Assembly: GCA_001938485.1 (NCBI GenBank)
Contig: MQRK01180317.1
Location: forward strand, 32,107 to 86,648
Source of the DNA: Girardia tigrina
Taxonomy: Eukaryota
Direction: 5' to 3'
Length of the DNA: 54,542 nucleotides
Position numbers and translations under genes: made by a program. The notes under the pieces are model-generated. The model was given only the letters and a program-made list of their open reading frames with translations. It ran no database searches and was not told where the DNA came from. Positions 1 through 11,607 of the stretch are shown piece by piece (position 1 is the stretch's first letter; each line of letters opens with the position of its first letter).

Positions 1-867
1 TCTTTGATTCCTACTAATTAAAAATAATTTAATTTAATTTTAAAGTAAAAAGGTTTAAAATAATTTTTGAATGTATTATTTATTTTTTAATGTAATTTAA
101 AATTTTAATATATTAATTTAATATGTTATTTTTTAAAATATGTTTAGATTTAATTTTAACCAATTAGATTCTTTATAATTAATAATTTATATTAACAGAT
201 TTTCATTTATTGAAAATAATTAGTTTGAACTCAGAAATATATCGATCAAGAAAAATGTCAAATAGTGAGTGCGCTTGTGATAATAATAAATGTTACAAAA
301 CTCATATTGATGTTGTTAATATATATAATCTCAAAACGGATGTCAAAAAGGATTATAAATCGTAAAATTTTATAATGTTTTGTAAACTTTTTAGACTCGA
401 AAACAAATTGAACTAAATTAATTATATAAAAGAATATAGTTTATTGTTTCTTTATTATTCATCCATTTTGTTCACCAGTGGATCAGGATGTAATTAAATT
501 ATGTTTGAGAGTCATGTTATTTTTCGTTTGATCTCTAAAATATTATTTTTTTATGATTTTATTTATTTTAGTTAATCATTGAATTTATAAAAAATATGAT
601 AAATTTTTACTAGTTGTAAATATTCTTTATTCAATATTTACTACTATTCTATTTTAAATTCAAAATTATTGAACATGAATTCATTTGTAAAAATAAAAAA
701 AATATTTTCAAACGTGACAATACAATACCGGATCCAAGTATTGGACAAATAAATAACCAAAACAGTAAAATAATATAGTTACTTGTACCTTGATGAATAA
801 AAAATCGTAATAATAATTGGTCAGTTGAAAAGTGATTTTTCAGATGCCAAATTAAGTAAAGTAAATT

Positions 868-1070
868 CGATAATAATTCGTCGTTTGCCTGATTACAATA
901 ATTTTAATTTATCGTTAACAGATTGTTTTAATAATTACAAATTACAGTAATAATAATTTGTCGTTATCAGATTGAAATGATGATAATCTATCAGATGAAT
1001 ATTGAAATTTTAATAATTTTACAGCTGCCCATTGCTAAATTAATAACACTTCGGTAGCTGCTTGAAATAT
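868..1070. repeat. Degenerate ~30-bp tandem repeat
   Basis: Units begin taataa/tgataa at 951, 981, 1011 and 1041, with related units near 870 and 900. Minus-strand units read like FQYSSDRLSS, FQSDNDKLLL and KQSVNDKLKL. Confidence 0.55.
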
Positions 1071-2599
1071 CAGTTAAATAATGTTTAATTATAATTTTAT
1101 ATGATCGCTTAGCGATCTATTGATTTAACTTTCAAATTCTAATATAATTATAATTTTATTATATGAAATATAAAGGGAGGGGGATATATCAATTCGCATA
1201 TCTTATCTTCTTGGACGACAAGGGCTAGAATTCTTATTCATTATCGGATTTCTCATCACTCACTTCTAATTAAAGTCTATCTTTCAATTTTTTTCTTGCT
1301 TATTTAGATCTTCTATAAAAAAAGAAAAATTGTGATATACATCACTTGACATTCCGAACCTGGTGTGTACTGTGCAAAATGACAACAATTTTGAGACAAT
1401 TTCAATCATACACTGTAATCATAGCCTAAACATAATCATATCACAACTCATTACCGACAAACAAAACTTACCTCTCATACAGTACACGAAAATTAATGAT
1501 GAAAAAAGGGTGTAAGAAACGCACATTACATTACATCACAGAGTTTCTTCGGTAATTTTGAAATATTCCATGTCAAATGTTCATAATTTGATTAATAGAG
1601 CTTAGATTTTAAAAACATAAAAAAGTGTTGAGTTCGTAAATGACACGTTTTCTGAAAAAAAAAACAAAATATGAACCATCTTAATTACTATTTGAATAAC
1701 TTTTCAGTGATAATAATTGCTACCAAGAACATCAATAACTTCATTTGTAAAACATATACTTACATTACAATTATCTGTTTCATAAGTCATTGTATTGACT
1801 ACTTTTAATTAAATATGAAAAAAATCTTTATTAACATACAAATACTAATATTTTTATTTACATCAAAAATCACATATTGTTCTTATCTATATAATAAAAG
1901 GAAATTAACTATTCTTATGTAAATAGTTAATAAAAAAGACTTTTGTTTTAAAAAACGAAAAAATTAAAATTAGATTAAAAAATACTGCCATTTTGAAATA
2001 ATGCTTCCTGTGTTCTTTTCGGTGAATTAAAAAACATATACAATTGTTGATTGAAATTGTTTTGTTTTCTCTATTACTCCATATCATTTTTTATTGCCGT
2101 TGAGTTCTTTGTTTTCCTTTCGATGAAGTTTACGAGTCTTCACATCTGATCGGAATTCAAATATTAAAATTATTATAATTTTCAAATTTATTATTATCAT
2201 TATTTATATCATCGAAAAAAGAAACCTGAAAATTTTCCATCGTCAAATTAAGAGAAGCGTGACCCAGAGAATCATAACATTTTTTGAAAATACATTCAAT
2301 TATCTTATATTAATAACAAAAGAGGAATAGAAACACGAGTAGACATCAATTTGTTGAATATTTTATACGTTGTCCCTGAACACAAGATGAGAGGTATTTC
2401 CTTTGTCGAATTGCCTGAGGAATAAAATCACATTGTTTTGCTCATCAACTTAAATAACAATTGTAAAATAATACATATAACTAAATTTTCTCAGACAGAA
2501 ATTTTACATAAATTATTAATTCTGAAATTCGTATACTGATTACGGTTCTTCATAACAAATTTATGAAAAAGAGTGACTGTAAACACCAAAGCAATTCAA

Positions 2600-2635
<36 letters not shown>

Positions 2636-2718
2636 CTACGATATATAATATTGAGTCTTGTTAACGCAAGTTTAATATTTTGAAAATATAATTTGATTAA
2701 AGCTTTTTTTATATAATT

Positions 2719-2760
2719 ATTGGACATATTTCAATGTTTACATATATCATCATCAGCAAT
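2719..2760 (-). ncRNA. Minimal type I hammerhead ribozyme (PLE-type, probably decayed)
   Basis: Minus strand: attg-CTGATGA-tgatatatgtaaacatt-GAAA-tatg-TC-caat. Both core boxes are present, with a 4-bp stem I (attg/caat), a GUC cleavage triplet and a minimal stem III. Confidence 0.6.
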
Positions 2761-3020
2761 TTTCGGATATTTAGTATATGAATATTGTATTGTTTTAATA
2801 ATACAATTTAAAAGGTATATTCAGAATAAAATATTATTATTTATTAAAGTATTATTGGGTAATAATGGCAAAAATATTTTAATTAAAAATTTTAAAACCT
2901 TACTTTGCCCATTCTGAATGTTAATTGATGGGTTGTAGTGTCTTTTTAGTAGAGATTCACAAAACTGTCGTTCGTAATGTGAATCAAATAAAATTTATGT
3001 TAAGTATGATAAAATTTCGT
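2719..3020 (-). mobile_element. Penelope-like element 3' fragment (GIY-YIG C-terminus plus 3' UTR with hammerhead)
   Basis: Minus strand reads DSHYERQFCESLLKRHYNPSINIQNGQSKVLK, homologous to the copies near 44280 and 54220. It is followed downstream by a hammerhead-like motif. Confidence 0.65.
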
Positions 3021-3346
3021 AAGTTTATTAAAAGAAAATGAAATTCAATTTAATATATTAAATCGTCAGAAATTAAAAAAAAGTAAAATGAATTATCAAT
3101 ACTATATTTATTTTTATTATATCGGGTTGACATTTATGAAACCAATAGTTTCTGAAAATTAACAAAAAATTGATGAATTTAATTCGATTACATTGATTTA
3201 AATAAAAAGCATTAGGCATTTTTTTGGATTAATAATAACTTGAAAATCGATGTTGTCTTTTAATAACGATAATATGAAAGATGTTCCAAACACATCTAAC
3301 AATAAATATGTATATAAATTATTTTAATTTTATTAAATATATTAAT

Positions 3347-3349
<3 letters not shown>

Positions 3350-3393
<44 letters not shown>
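3350..3393. repeat. (TA)n microsatellite (others near 2602, 18594, 19371, 24084, 24804, 47776, 52274, 53079, 54508)
   Basis: Directly visible. Confidence 0.95.
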
Positions 3394-3398
<5 letters not shown>

Positions 3399-4491
3399 CA
3401 ACGAGATGATTTCTGAAGTTCCATTAACTTTGTAAATAAAACATAAACCAATAATTTGTGTTTTAAATATATATTAAAGATAACTAATTGAACAGAAGGA
3501 GAAAAAGAAGGTACAGTGTCTAATCACTATAACAAGAAAATACATAGTCTCAGGAAAGTTATCACAATTCGGAACCAACAATATACAAATTTACTTAAGT
3601 TTCTTAGAAAATGTTTGATTTCGAAAGCAATCTTCCGTTTTGAAATTCCAAAAAAAAAGGAAACGGAGTTTTTGATAATTATTCGTTTTTTGTCTATTGA
3701 TTCGATTGAAAAGGAAAATACGTGGAATAAAAGGAATACGTACGAAATATTTTCTTTACTTTTCTTTTTGGAAGTTATTTTCAAAGTTAACATTTGATAA
3801 GAGAGAAAATGGATAGAATTATGTACCCCTCTGCATTATATACGAGAACTGTCAACGTCTTAAATACTATTTTTTCTAATAAAAATATTTTTAGGTTTCT
3901 TTTGTGGACAAGCAACCTCTTCATTATAGATATGTATATCATTTAATTTATTTTGATTTAAGATATTGATTGCCGCCACAGTAGTAAATGTAATATCTTC
4001 ATAATGTGACCTGATGAAAAAAACTTTAGGTTAATTTTTAATTCTGTGATATCCAGTTTCCTAAAAAAATGCTCAAACAGTTAAGCATACTTTAGTTTTG
4101 CGTACCCTAATGCAACCATTACTTTATTCTAAATTTAAGTATGCTAACAAATGGAAATATGTTTAATTATTTTCTGAGTTATTTATTTTGTTTAAAAGAT
4201 TAGAAACTTTACTTAAACTAAAATGTTTTTAATCAGAAGAAAGTAGTTCTAGAACAAATGTCGATAATATTTATATTTTCATAAAATTTCAGTTTGCTTT
4301 TAATGTATGGGAAAAACCGAATGAATTGCATGAAGCAAAACAGTATTATTACCCAAAGTTGTTCTCAGATGTCTTTTACCCGAAAGATTGTTCGCTTACA
4401 CATTGTATTTTATCCACAAGAAAAAAATATTTTAAGCCTACATAAAAAAGATAAATTTTCTTTTAATCAGAATGAAAATTTAAACAAATAA
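3394..4491 (+). pseudogene. Decayed multi-exon gene fragment with mini-introns, product unknown
   Basis: A series of AT-rich GT..AG segments of about 27-48 nt (starting near 3438, 3740, 3857, 3934, 4030, 4162 and 4260) separates protein-like pieces such as FAFNVWEKPNELHEAKQYYYPKLFSDVFYPKD. In-frame stops are present. Confidence 0.4.
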
Positions 4492-4979
4492 TGTTTTTTT
4501 TATTTCTTGCGACGAAACTGATTGAATTCAAACAACTGTTATTGTGTATTTATTTTAAAAACCATAAAATATTTTGATGAGCATTTTTTTAATTTATAAT
4601 AAAATTTAAATAATTATATATTTTTTTTAATTTTAAAATGTTTGTTTTTATGTCATTGAAAAAAATTAAAATTATTATAACAAAAACGTTATAAAAAATT
4701 TTGAAAGAATGTAAAATTAAATGTACCAATTAAAATGTAGAAAATCTTTAAAATGATTATAAAAAAATTTTAAAATTAATAAAATATAACGCAAATATTA
4801 AATAATTGTTAATGTTCTTGTAATTTAAAAGGTAATTGATTAATTAGAGAATTAATTAGAGAATGATAATAGAGATTTTTAAATTAATAAAATTTCACGA
4901 AATGATTAATAATGTTAGCGAAATTTAAAATTAATAAAATTTATAAAATGAAAACCATATCACATATTAATATTATAAG

Positions 4980-5146
4980 TATTTTTATTTAAACCGGTTT
5001 AAGATTTATAAAACAAATTGTTTCTAAAAAAAGAAGTTGGTTTAAATTTTAGTGTTAATCATTTTTTTCGAAAACTTTATAATATAATATAATTTAGATT
5101 TGATGTCGGAATTAACTTCTTATAATAATTCCAAAAACATCTAACA
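4980..5146 (+). repeat. Dispersed AT-rich repeat, second copy at ~39958-40104
   Basis: Both copies share ccggtttaagatttataaaaca..ttgtttct..aagtt.gtttaaat.ttag..tcggaa.taactt..aacatctaaca. Confidence 0.65.
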
Positions 5147-5499
5147 ACACGATTAAAAGAAATTTTGTATATTCATTTTCATTTTACTGATATTTTACAT
5201 TTTGTATTTCTTTATTTGAATGAAATCTTTGGAGTTTTACTTTTTCGATGTTGTTCCACTGGATATTTTTGCAATCGAAGGCTTGGTCTTGGGAATTTTT
5301 TTATGATACCACTTGAGGATATGGAGCACTTCTGTTATAAGAAGCACCCAATCTATCAAGGTCAGTCCGCCTCAATTGTTACTAAAATATTTATCTCTTT
5401 AATCAATCATCTTTGTAGTACCCTTCCTATCACCCATACTATACTATATTTATCACTATACTATAATTTATCACATGTATATTTATTTTATAGTATTAA

Positions 5500-5562
5500 C
5501 TAGTTTCGTCAGTCCCGTCTGATTAGCCTTATCTTAAGCGGCCCGCGGTCAGACGGGTGACT
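5500..5562 (-). mobile_element. Possible Helitron 3' terminus
   Basis: GC-rich perfect 9-bp stem cccgtctga (5514-5522) / tcagacggg (5549-5557), followed on the minus strand about 10 nt later by CTAG|T. Confidence 0.4.
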
Positions 5563-6900
5563 ATTTTTACATGCATATTTTAAAATTATTAAAAATTATA
5601 ATTCTATAACGATTTTTGAATTACCTGATTGAAATCCAACACTTTGACAATATCAAGACTAAAGTAACTCATTTATTTTGTTTTTCTTATGACTCTTCGT
5701 GTTCTTGTGATTTATTGTAAATATTTCTTTTGGTTCTTTCCGTTCTTTTGAATGTTAAATATTTTTTCAATATTTATTTTTCAAATATTATTATTTTTTT
5801 TGATTTAATGTTATAGAAAAAGGATTTCCTAATTTTATTCCATTATACTTAAATCTTTTTTGTCACTAATATAATCTTCATTAATTGATGTGATACGTTT
5901 TCCGAAAACGATGCGATTGCATTCTTTCTTTACTGTTTCTTTGTGTCAAGAGAATTAGATATAAAAATTAAATTTTTCATAGACTGATTTACTCATTTTC
6001 AAAATCACGAACTGTCCAGTTTTTAAATTCAGAATTCATTTCTATATATTAATAGCCGAAAAAATGTGTTTTCAAAATTTCGCTTGAGAGAGAGACTCCA
6101 AAATTATCAACTCAACAATCTACTTTTCTCCAAATTTCAGAAAAATCTCGGTCGTGTGAAGAGCCGACGATTATTTTGAGAATTAAACATTCTTAAATAA
6201 GCCATCCTTAATCGCCATTGTCCTAAATTCTCCAAATTAATGATTCACAATTTATATCCAAGTCACCAAACCCTTTTCGTTCAATACAGGGTAATTTATA
6301 TGGATATTATTTACATTTGACCGTTATGAAAATATTGATGATATGAAGTGCTAGTTGTGTTTTACAAAAAGGCTGTTCTGGTTAGCTATGGCACTCGAGA
6401 CCTTTCAAGACGTTATGATGAACGTACACTCAACTATAAACATTTAACTATTTGGATGATAAGTAGCAATTGAATGTTAGATTAACGTACTACAAAGTTT
6501 ATGAAGAAAATCTAAAGCTATCACATTAATTCATTATTTGTATTTGAAGTCTTCGAGGAATCCGTAAATTCTACAAAGGATTTATTGAAGACTGCAGAAA
6601 ATCAACCCCTGTAAATTTTCATTTCAGAACAGTCAATGTTTTTAGAAAATTCTCGGCAAGTTTGGCGATCCACCTCTTTCAAACATTCGACGAATCGTGT
6701 CTCTGGAAACTCGTCTGGACTGTTTTACCTAGGAGTATTATTGTAAAAATAAAATTTATCAAACTTAAAATATCATTTCTCAGAACTTCGACAAGTAATA
6801 CTTTTCTTATAGAGCGAGTTGATGTTTCTGGATGATTTGGAGTTGTTTTTAAAAAACCTTAAAAACCTTAAAACATTTAAATCAACACATTTTTAAATGT

Positions 6901-6942
6901 TGTATGTTGATTTGGATTGTACCTCTCCTAACCAGATGGATG
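6901..6942 (+). repeat. PLE-associated dispersed repeat copy
   Basis: tgtatgttgatttggattgtacctctcctaaccagatgga resembles 54377-54427. Confidence 0.55.
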
Positions 6943-8142
6943 ATTAATATTTTAATTCTGAAACTAATTTATTCAAATTAAGATTTAATATTCAAATTTT
7001 TAATTTTTATTATTATAAATTTTAAATAATTTTATTGATTTTATTTTTGTAAATTTTTAAATGATTAAAATCAAATTAATGTTTAAAAATGACTATAAAA
7101 AGTAATTTTATTTTAACCAATAAAATTTAAATTAAATATTTAAAATAAAATAATTCTTCTCAAGTTAGTTCAGATTTGGGATGAGAAGTATTAAACATTG
7201 AGTGATGAATTTAAGTGAGAGCAATACTATTGATTGTCATAGAGATGATCAAAATTGCTAATATAATAAACGTTCTACCAAATGTGTGAGTTCTCTTAAA
7301 ATTGAGAATACATTGGGATGATTATTAACAGTTCAATGGAAGAAAGTAAACATTTCGTAGAAAAAATTAAAAAAAACGATCTCATTTTTAAAGATCGGTT
7401 TCAGTTTTGCTCCATATTTGTGTGACTATTATTTAAAAAAATGAAATTTTAGACGCATTCGAAATGGCGGAATTCGAACACCATTGTTGTACTTACAATA
7501 TTTTTTACGAATTTTCGTATATCAAGTGACAATGGTCTATTGAATAAAGTCTCTCAAATCGCACCTGATTAAAAAAAATTCAGCAAACTCTTGAACAAAA
7601 TCAGCGGGTTTTTTTCATCGTGCTTTAAAAACCGAATTCAAATTTGTCACGAATTTTACGATAATTTGGTGAAATATCGAGACGATATTGAGATGATTTC
7701 AAAGATTTTGGAGTTAATGTGGGCAAACTTTGGATACCAATCAATAAATTGGAGAGATACGCAAAAGAGCAGTAAGATATTCTTCACAATTTTCAACCCC
7801 TGATAAAAAGAGAGTCCCTGCCAACGCACCCGCGCCACAACAACGCAGCTGCGACACCCACTCTGTTAGTGGAAACCGTATACAATAAACTAAATTATTT
7901 TATTCCAGAACCACAAGTCTTTCTATTTGACTATAAGACTTTTTTATCCAAAAATAAACAGAAAAACTATTTTCTAAAACAAATTCATTTCTCATTTAAG
8001 AAACACATAATTTTATCAAAATAAAATACATCATTGAAATATTTCTCTATCAGACACTGATAAAATATTTTGTTTGAATTAATGTTTTATGAAAATAAGA
8101 GTTTTTTTATCAGGTTTTTTAATAATATTTCTTTTTTTTCAG

Positions 8143-8370
8143 AAAATGAAAATTTTTCATTTTATCATTGCTGTTAGCAATGATATGGACAAGACCTACT
8201 ATTCTGAAGTGTCAGCCGGAGTGCTGGGCATATCCGTCGAGTGTCGAGAAGGTTCCTGTAAGCATTTTCTACAAATGTCAGACGTTACTGATGAGAAGCA
8301 AAAGATTGCAAAGCCAACTGAGAATCAATTTTATATTAAAACCATTTTGAAAAATGGATCTGCTCATCAG
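8143..8370 (+). CDS. par3: Exon of Par3/bazooka-like PDZ scaffold (N-terminal half of a PDZ3-like domain)
   Basis: Acceptor ttcttttttttcag and donor CAG|gtttgc. Open in phase 0: KMKIFHFIIAVSND...SAGVLGISVE...NQFYIKTILKNGSAHQ. This matches the recalled Par3 PDZ3 pattern [31 protein letters not shown]. The PDZ call is strong; Par3 orthology rests on recalled sequence. Confidence 0.72.
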
Positions 8371-8925
8371 GTTTGCATTTGTTATTTTCGTGTGATTGTA
8401 AAATTTTATAACATATTAAAATATAAATTTTGATTTTTGAACTGTCTTTTAAACAATCTTTTTTAACCCAATATGTTCATTGAAGCCATACAAATTTTTT
8501 CATATATAATAAATATTTAAACAAAAAAAAACTAAGAGACAGTCATAAATTAGACAAGATAATAATGAATTGGTCTCTTATTAATTTTCTTATAATTTCA
8601 ATATTCAATAATTCAAAAAAATTAATTAAAAATTAATTATTTATACATTCATTTTGTAAATATAATACACGCAATATTTTATTATTGGAGATTTTTGTTT
8701 AATATAAATTATATTATTAAAAAAATATTTCTTTACTTGATTATAAATTTGATTTTTTATTTAAAGATTTATTATTATTTTTATAATTGATTGTTATTAT
8801 TACGATATCAGGGATATTTAAATCTTAAGAAGTCTACATTAGTCAAATTATGAACTGCCCAGTAAAATATTATGAAAAAAACCATATTATATACAAAAGC
8901 TTCATTTAACACTGTAGGTTTTAAA

Positions 8926-9540
8926 TTTGTTTCTCAACCTTTTTAGTTTTTGGCCACCAAAAATAAAGTAAATAAAGTCATGACCTCCCTAACCCCCTCC
9001 AATAATTAACAAAAATCAAATCACAATTTTAGATCGATTTATTAGAAATCACATGAAATCGCACATTGTTCGTATTTAAAGGTTTTTAAAGCAATTACAA
9101 TTTCTTACAATACATAAATTATTCAAATTTGATGAGGCTGTTGCTGATGTTTATCATCACAAGGTTTATTAAATCGAGGTTCAGTAATGATCAAGGCTAC
9201 TCTCATGTCATAGAAGCCAACAAATCAATTTTTATCTATGATTTTAATTGAAACAAGTGTTGAAAATCCTTTTTCACATATCTAGATAATGGAAACTGCA
9301 GTAGAACTCTGTTAATCCTTTGGAATCAAATTCGGCTGCTTAGTGGTACTAACTTGAAATTCAATTAAATCTTCATTGATTTTATTTTTATCCGAAACAC
9401 TAAAGATACTAAAATGAAATGATTTCGTATCCAAAGACCATTTACTATGTTTTCAGTGTCAAAATCCGTTCAAATGATGCTTGAGCTGTTAGGATGTGTA
9501 AAACTATTTCTTCCTTCATTTTGTCTTTCAATAATTGGTG
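8926..9540 (-). mobile_element. hAT (Charlie-like) 3' fragment
   Basis: Terminus-like tgtttctcaaccttttt. Minus strand reads ICEKGFSTLVSIK...DMRVALIITEPRFNK...QQQPH, the hAT C-terminal dimerisation region, with stops. Confidence 0.7.
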
Positions 9541-10673
9541 CGAGAGCGGGCACAATGGTTTCGTAGCTGCGGTACTACTGGGTTAGGGGACGGACTCCGG
9601 CTCGTGAGGAAAAACTAATCATCTTACCCGAAGATTCCATACTTTTAAATCGGAATTTCGCATATCGAGGAATTAAATGATCGATGATTCGTATCATATA
9701 ATTACAGATCAAACAAAACCTGTAGATTTTGATTCGACTTCCATTGTTCGCCGTAACGCAGAGTGAGCATCAGATGTCATCAAATCAGTATCTTTCAGTT
9801 TATCTGACACAGCAATATGCGATTCGAATAACAGCGATTCTTTTTCATCGGACGCGTTCAATTCAAGCACTCTATCACGATAATGTCTCAGTTCAAAAAA
9901 AATTCATCGGCCGAAAAAGACGGATTAAATCCAATGGAATAAATATTACGATCGATACCGTTCGATTCTTTCTCTTTCCGATCTTCATTAGCGATAATAG
10001 TTTGCACAAATTATATCCCTTTCTTCACATTTCCTTTAAAAATCAATTGATAAAGACCGTTAATAAAACTACTATCAATAATCGGTTCATAATCGAAATT
10101 TTCATCGTAATTACATGATGACTTTTTTGAACTTATTGATTGACTTTTTGAATTATCAATTAAATCGATCAATAACAATGATGATTTAAAATGTCGAATT
10201 ACTCAAATATATCGATTATTTATTTTCGTGCAATGAAATAATCAAATCCGAACGATATTCAGTCACAACTTTTTTTTAATTGTACAAATATTTTTAATTA
10301 CAATTGCATTCAAATTTCGCCAACTTTTTATTTACCCTTTCCTCACTCGACAAAACAAAAACAATCGATTACTTTACATTCAATTTAAACAATTATTGAT
10401 TTAAAAAATTCGGCCTTCCACAAAAAACTGCGCTCACAAACCGGCACAAAAAACTCAAATTATCAACACCGGCCGTACAATTTACCAAAACAAAACCTTT
10501 TAAATTTTTTCCATCAACCACAAACATATTGATTTATTTAAACAATTTTTTAAATTCTAACATTTTTCATATAAAATTTCAACGCTTTATATGAAATCGA
10601 TTTTCCTATTTTTAACTCACAATATTAATTTTTTACAGTAATAATTTTTAAAAATTCATTTTTTAATTTAATA

Positions 10674-11607
10674 CTTAGGCTGTCCATAAAGTCCTCAGGT
10701 GGCCTTTAAAAACACACTAATATTTTACCAAATTTAACGAAATTTGGACTGAATATTATTCAGACTGTCATAAATACTGTGTTAAAATTTTAAAGCATAA
10801 AATTTGAAACTTACCAAAAAAATAATATTATTAACCAACAAAAAAATTAGATATAGCGAATTTAAAAATTTATTTAAAAAAATATTTTAAAAATTTCTTA
10901 AGCAACAACATATTCACCATTGTTGTCAATAACGAACTGACCTTAGTTAAAAAGTTTATCTAGTTGATTTTTTTAATATTTCTATGGATAAAGAATTAAA
11001 AAAGAATTTACAAGCTTCTTCAATTTCTTCATTTGATTTGAAAACATGATTTTTAAAACTTTTCTTCATAAAAAATTTTGTGGACTGTATTTTTGCCTAA
11101 AGAAAGTTCATTTTCAATATAACGCAAAGACGCATTTGGCGCTTCATCAATCACTTCTTTGACTGATTTAATCTTTTCATCGTCTATTAATGACGGTCTG
11201 CCACTTCTCGATGAATCACCGAAGGACGTCCACTTTTCTTTTTTAAAATCAGTCAACCATTGTTGAATAGTTTTCAGTGCTGGGTGATTTGCGTCTTCAC
11301 ATGCCTGCTGAAGTTGCTGAAGAATTTCTGAAGCAGAGAATCCTTTTTTACTTTGAGTTAGAACAAAAAAATGTTGACAAAATTTATTTGGTTCCATTGT
11401 TAAAAACCAATTGATTTGAATTTGCTGCACTTTTAAAATTTCAATACTTTAATAAAACAAAATTTTATTTTTTTTTAATTTTATGCTTTGAAATTTTAAC
11501 ACAGTATTTATGACAGTCTGAATAATATTCAGTCCAAATTTCGTTAAATTTGGTAAAATATTAGTGTGTTTTTAAAGGCCACCTGAGGACTTTCGGGACA
11601 GTCTAAG
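10674..11607 (-). mobile_element. Internally deleted mariner-like element with ~130-bp TIRs
   Basis: TA|cttaggctgtccataaagtcc... and ...ggactttcgggacagtctaag|TA, with the inverted repeat extending about 130 bp. ORF 11053-11430 is an HTH domain (RSGRP motif) abutting the C-terminal tail FKSNEEIEEAC...VIDNNGEYV. The catalytic domain is absent. Confidence 0.88.

Noticed and set aside
868-1070. CRISPR-like periodicity
   Set aside because: No constant repeat with unique spacers, no cas genes, and a eukaryotic context.
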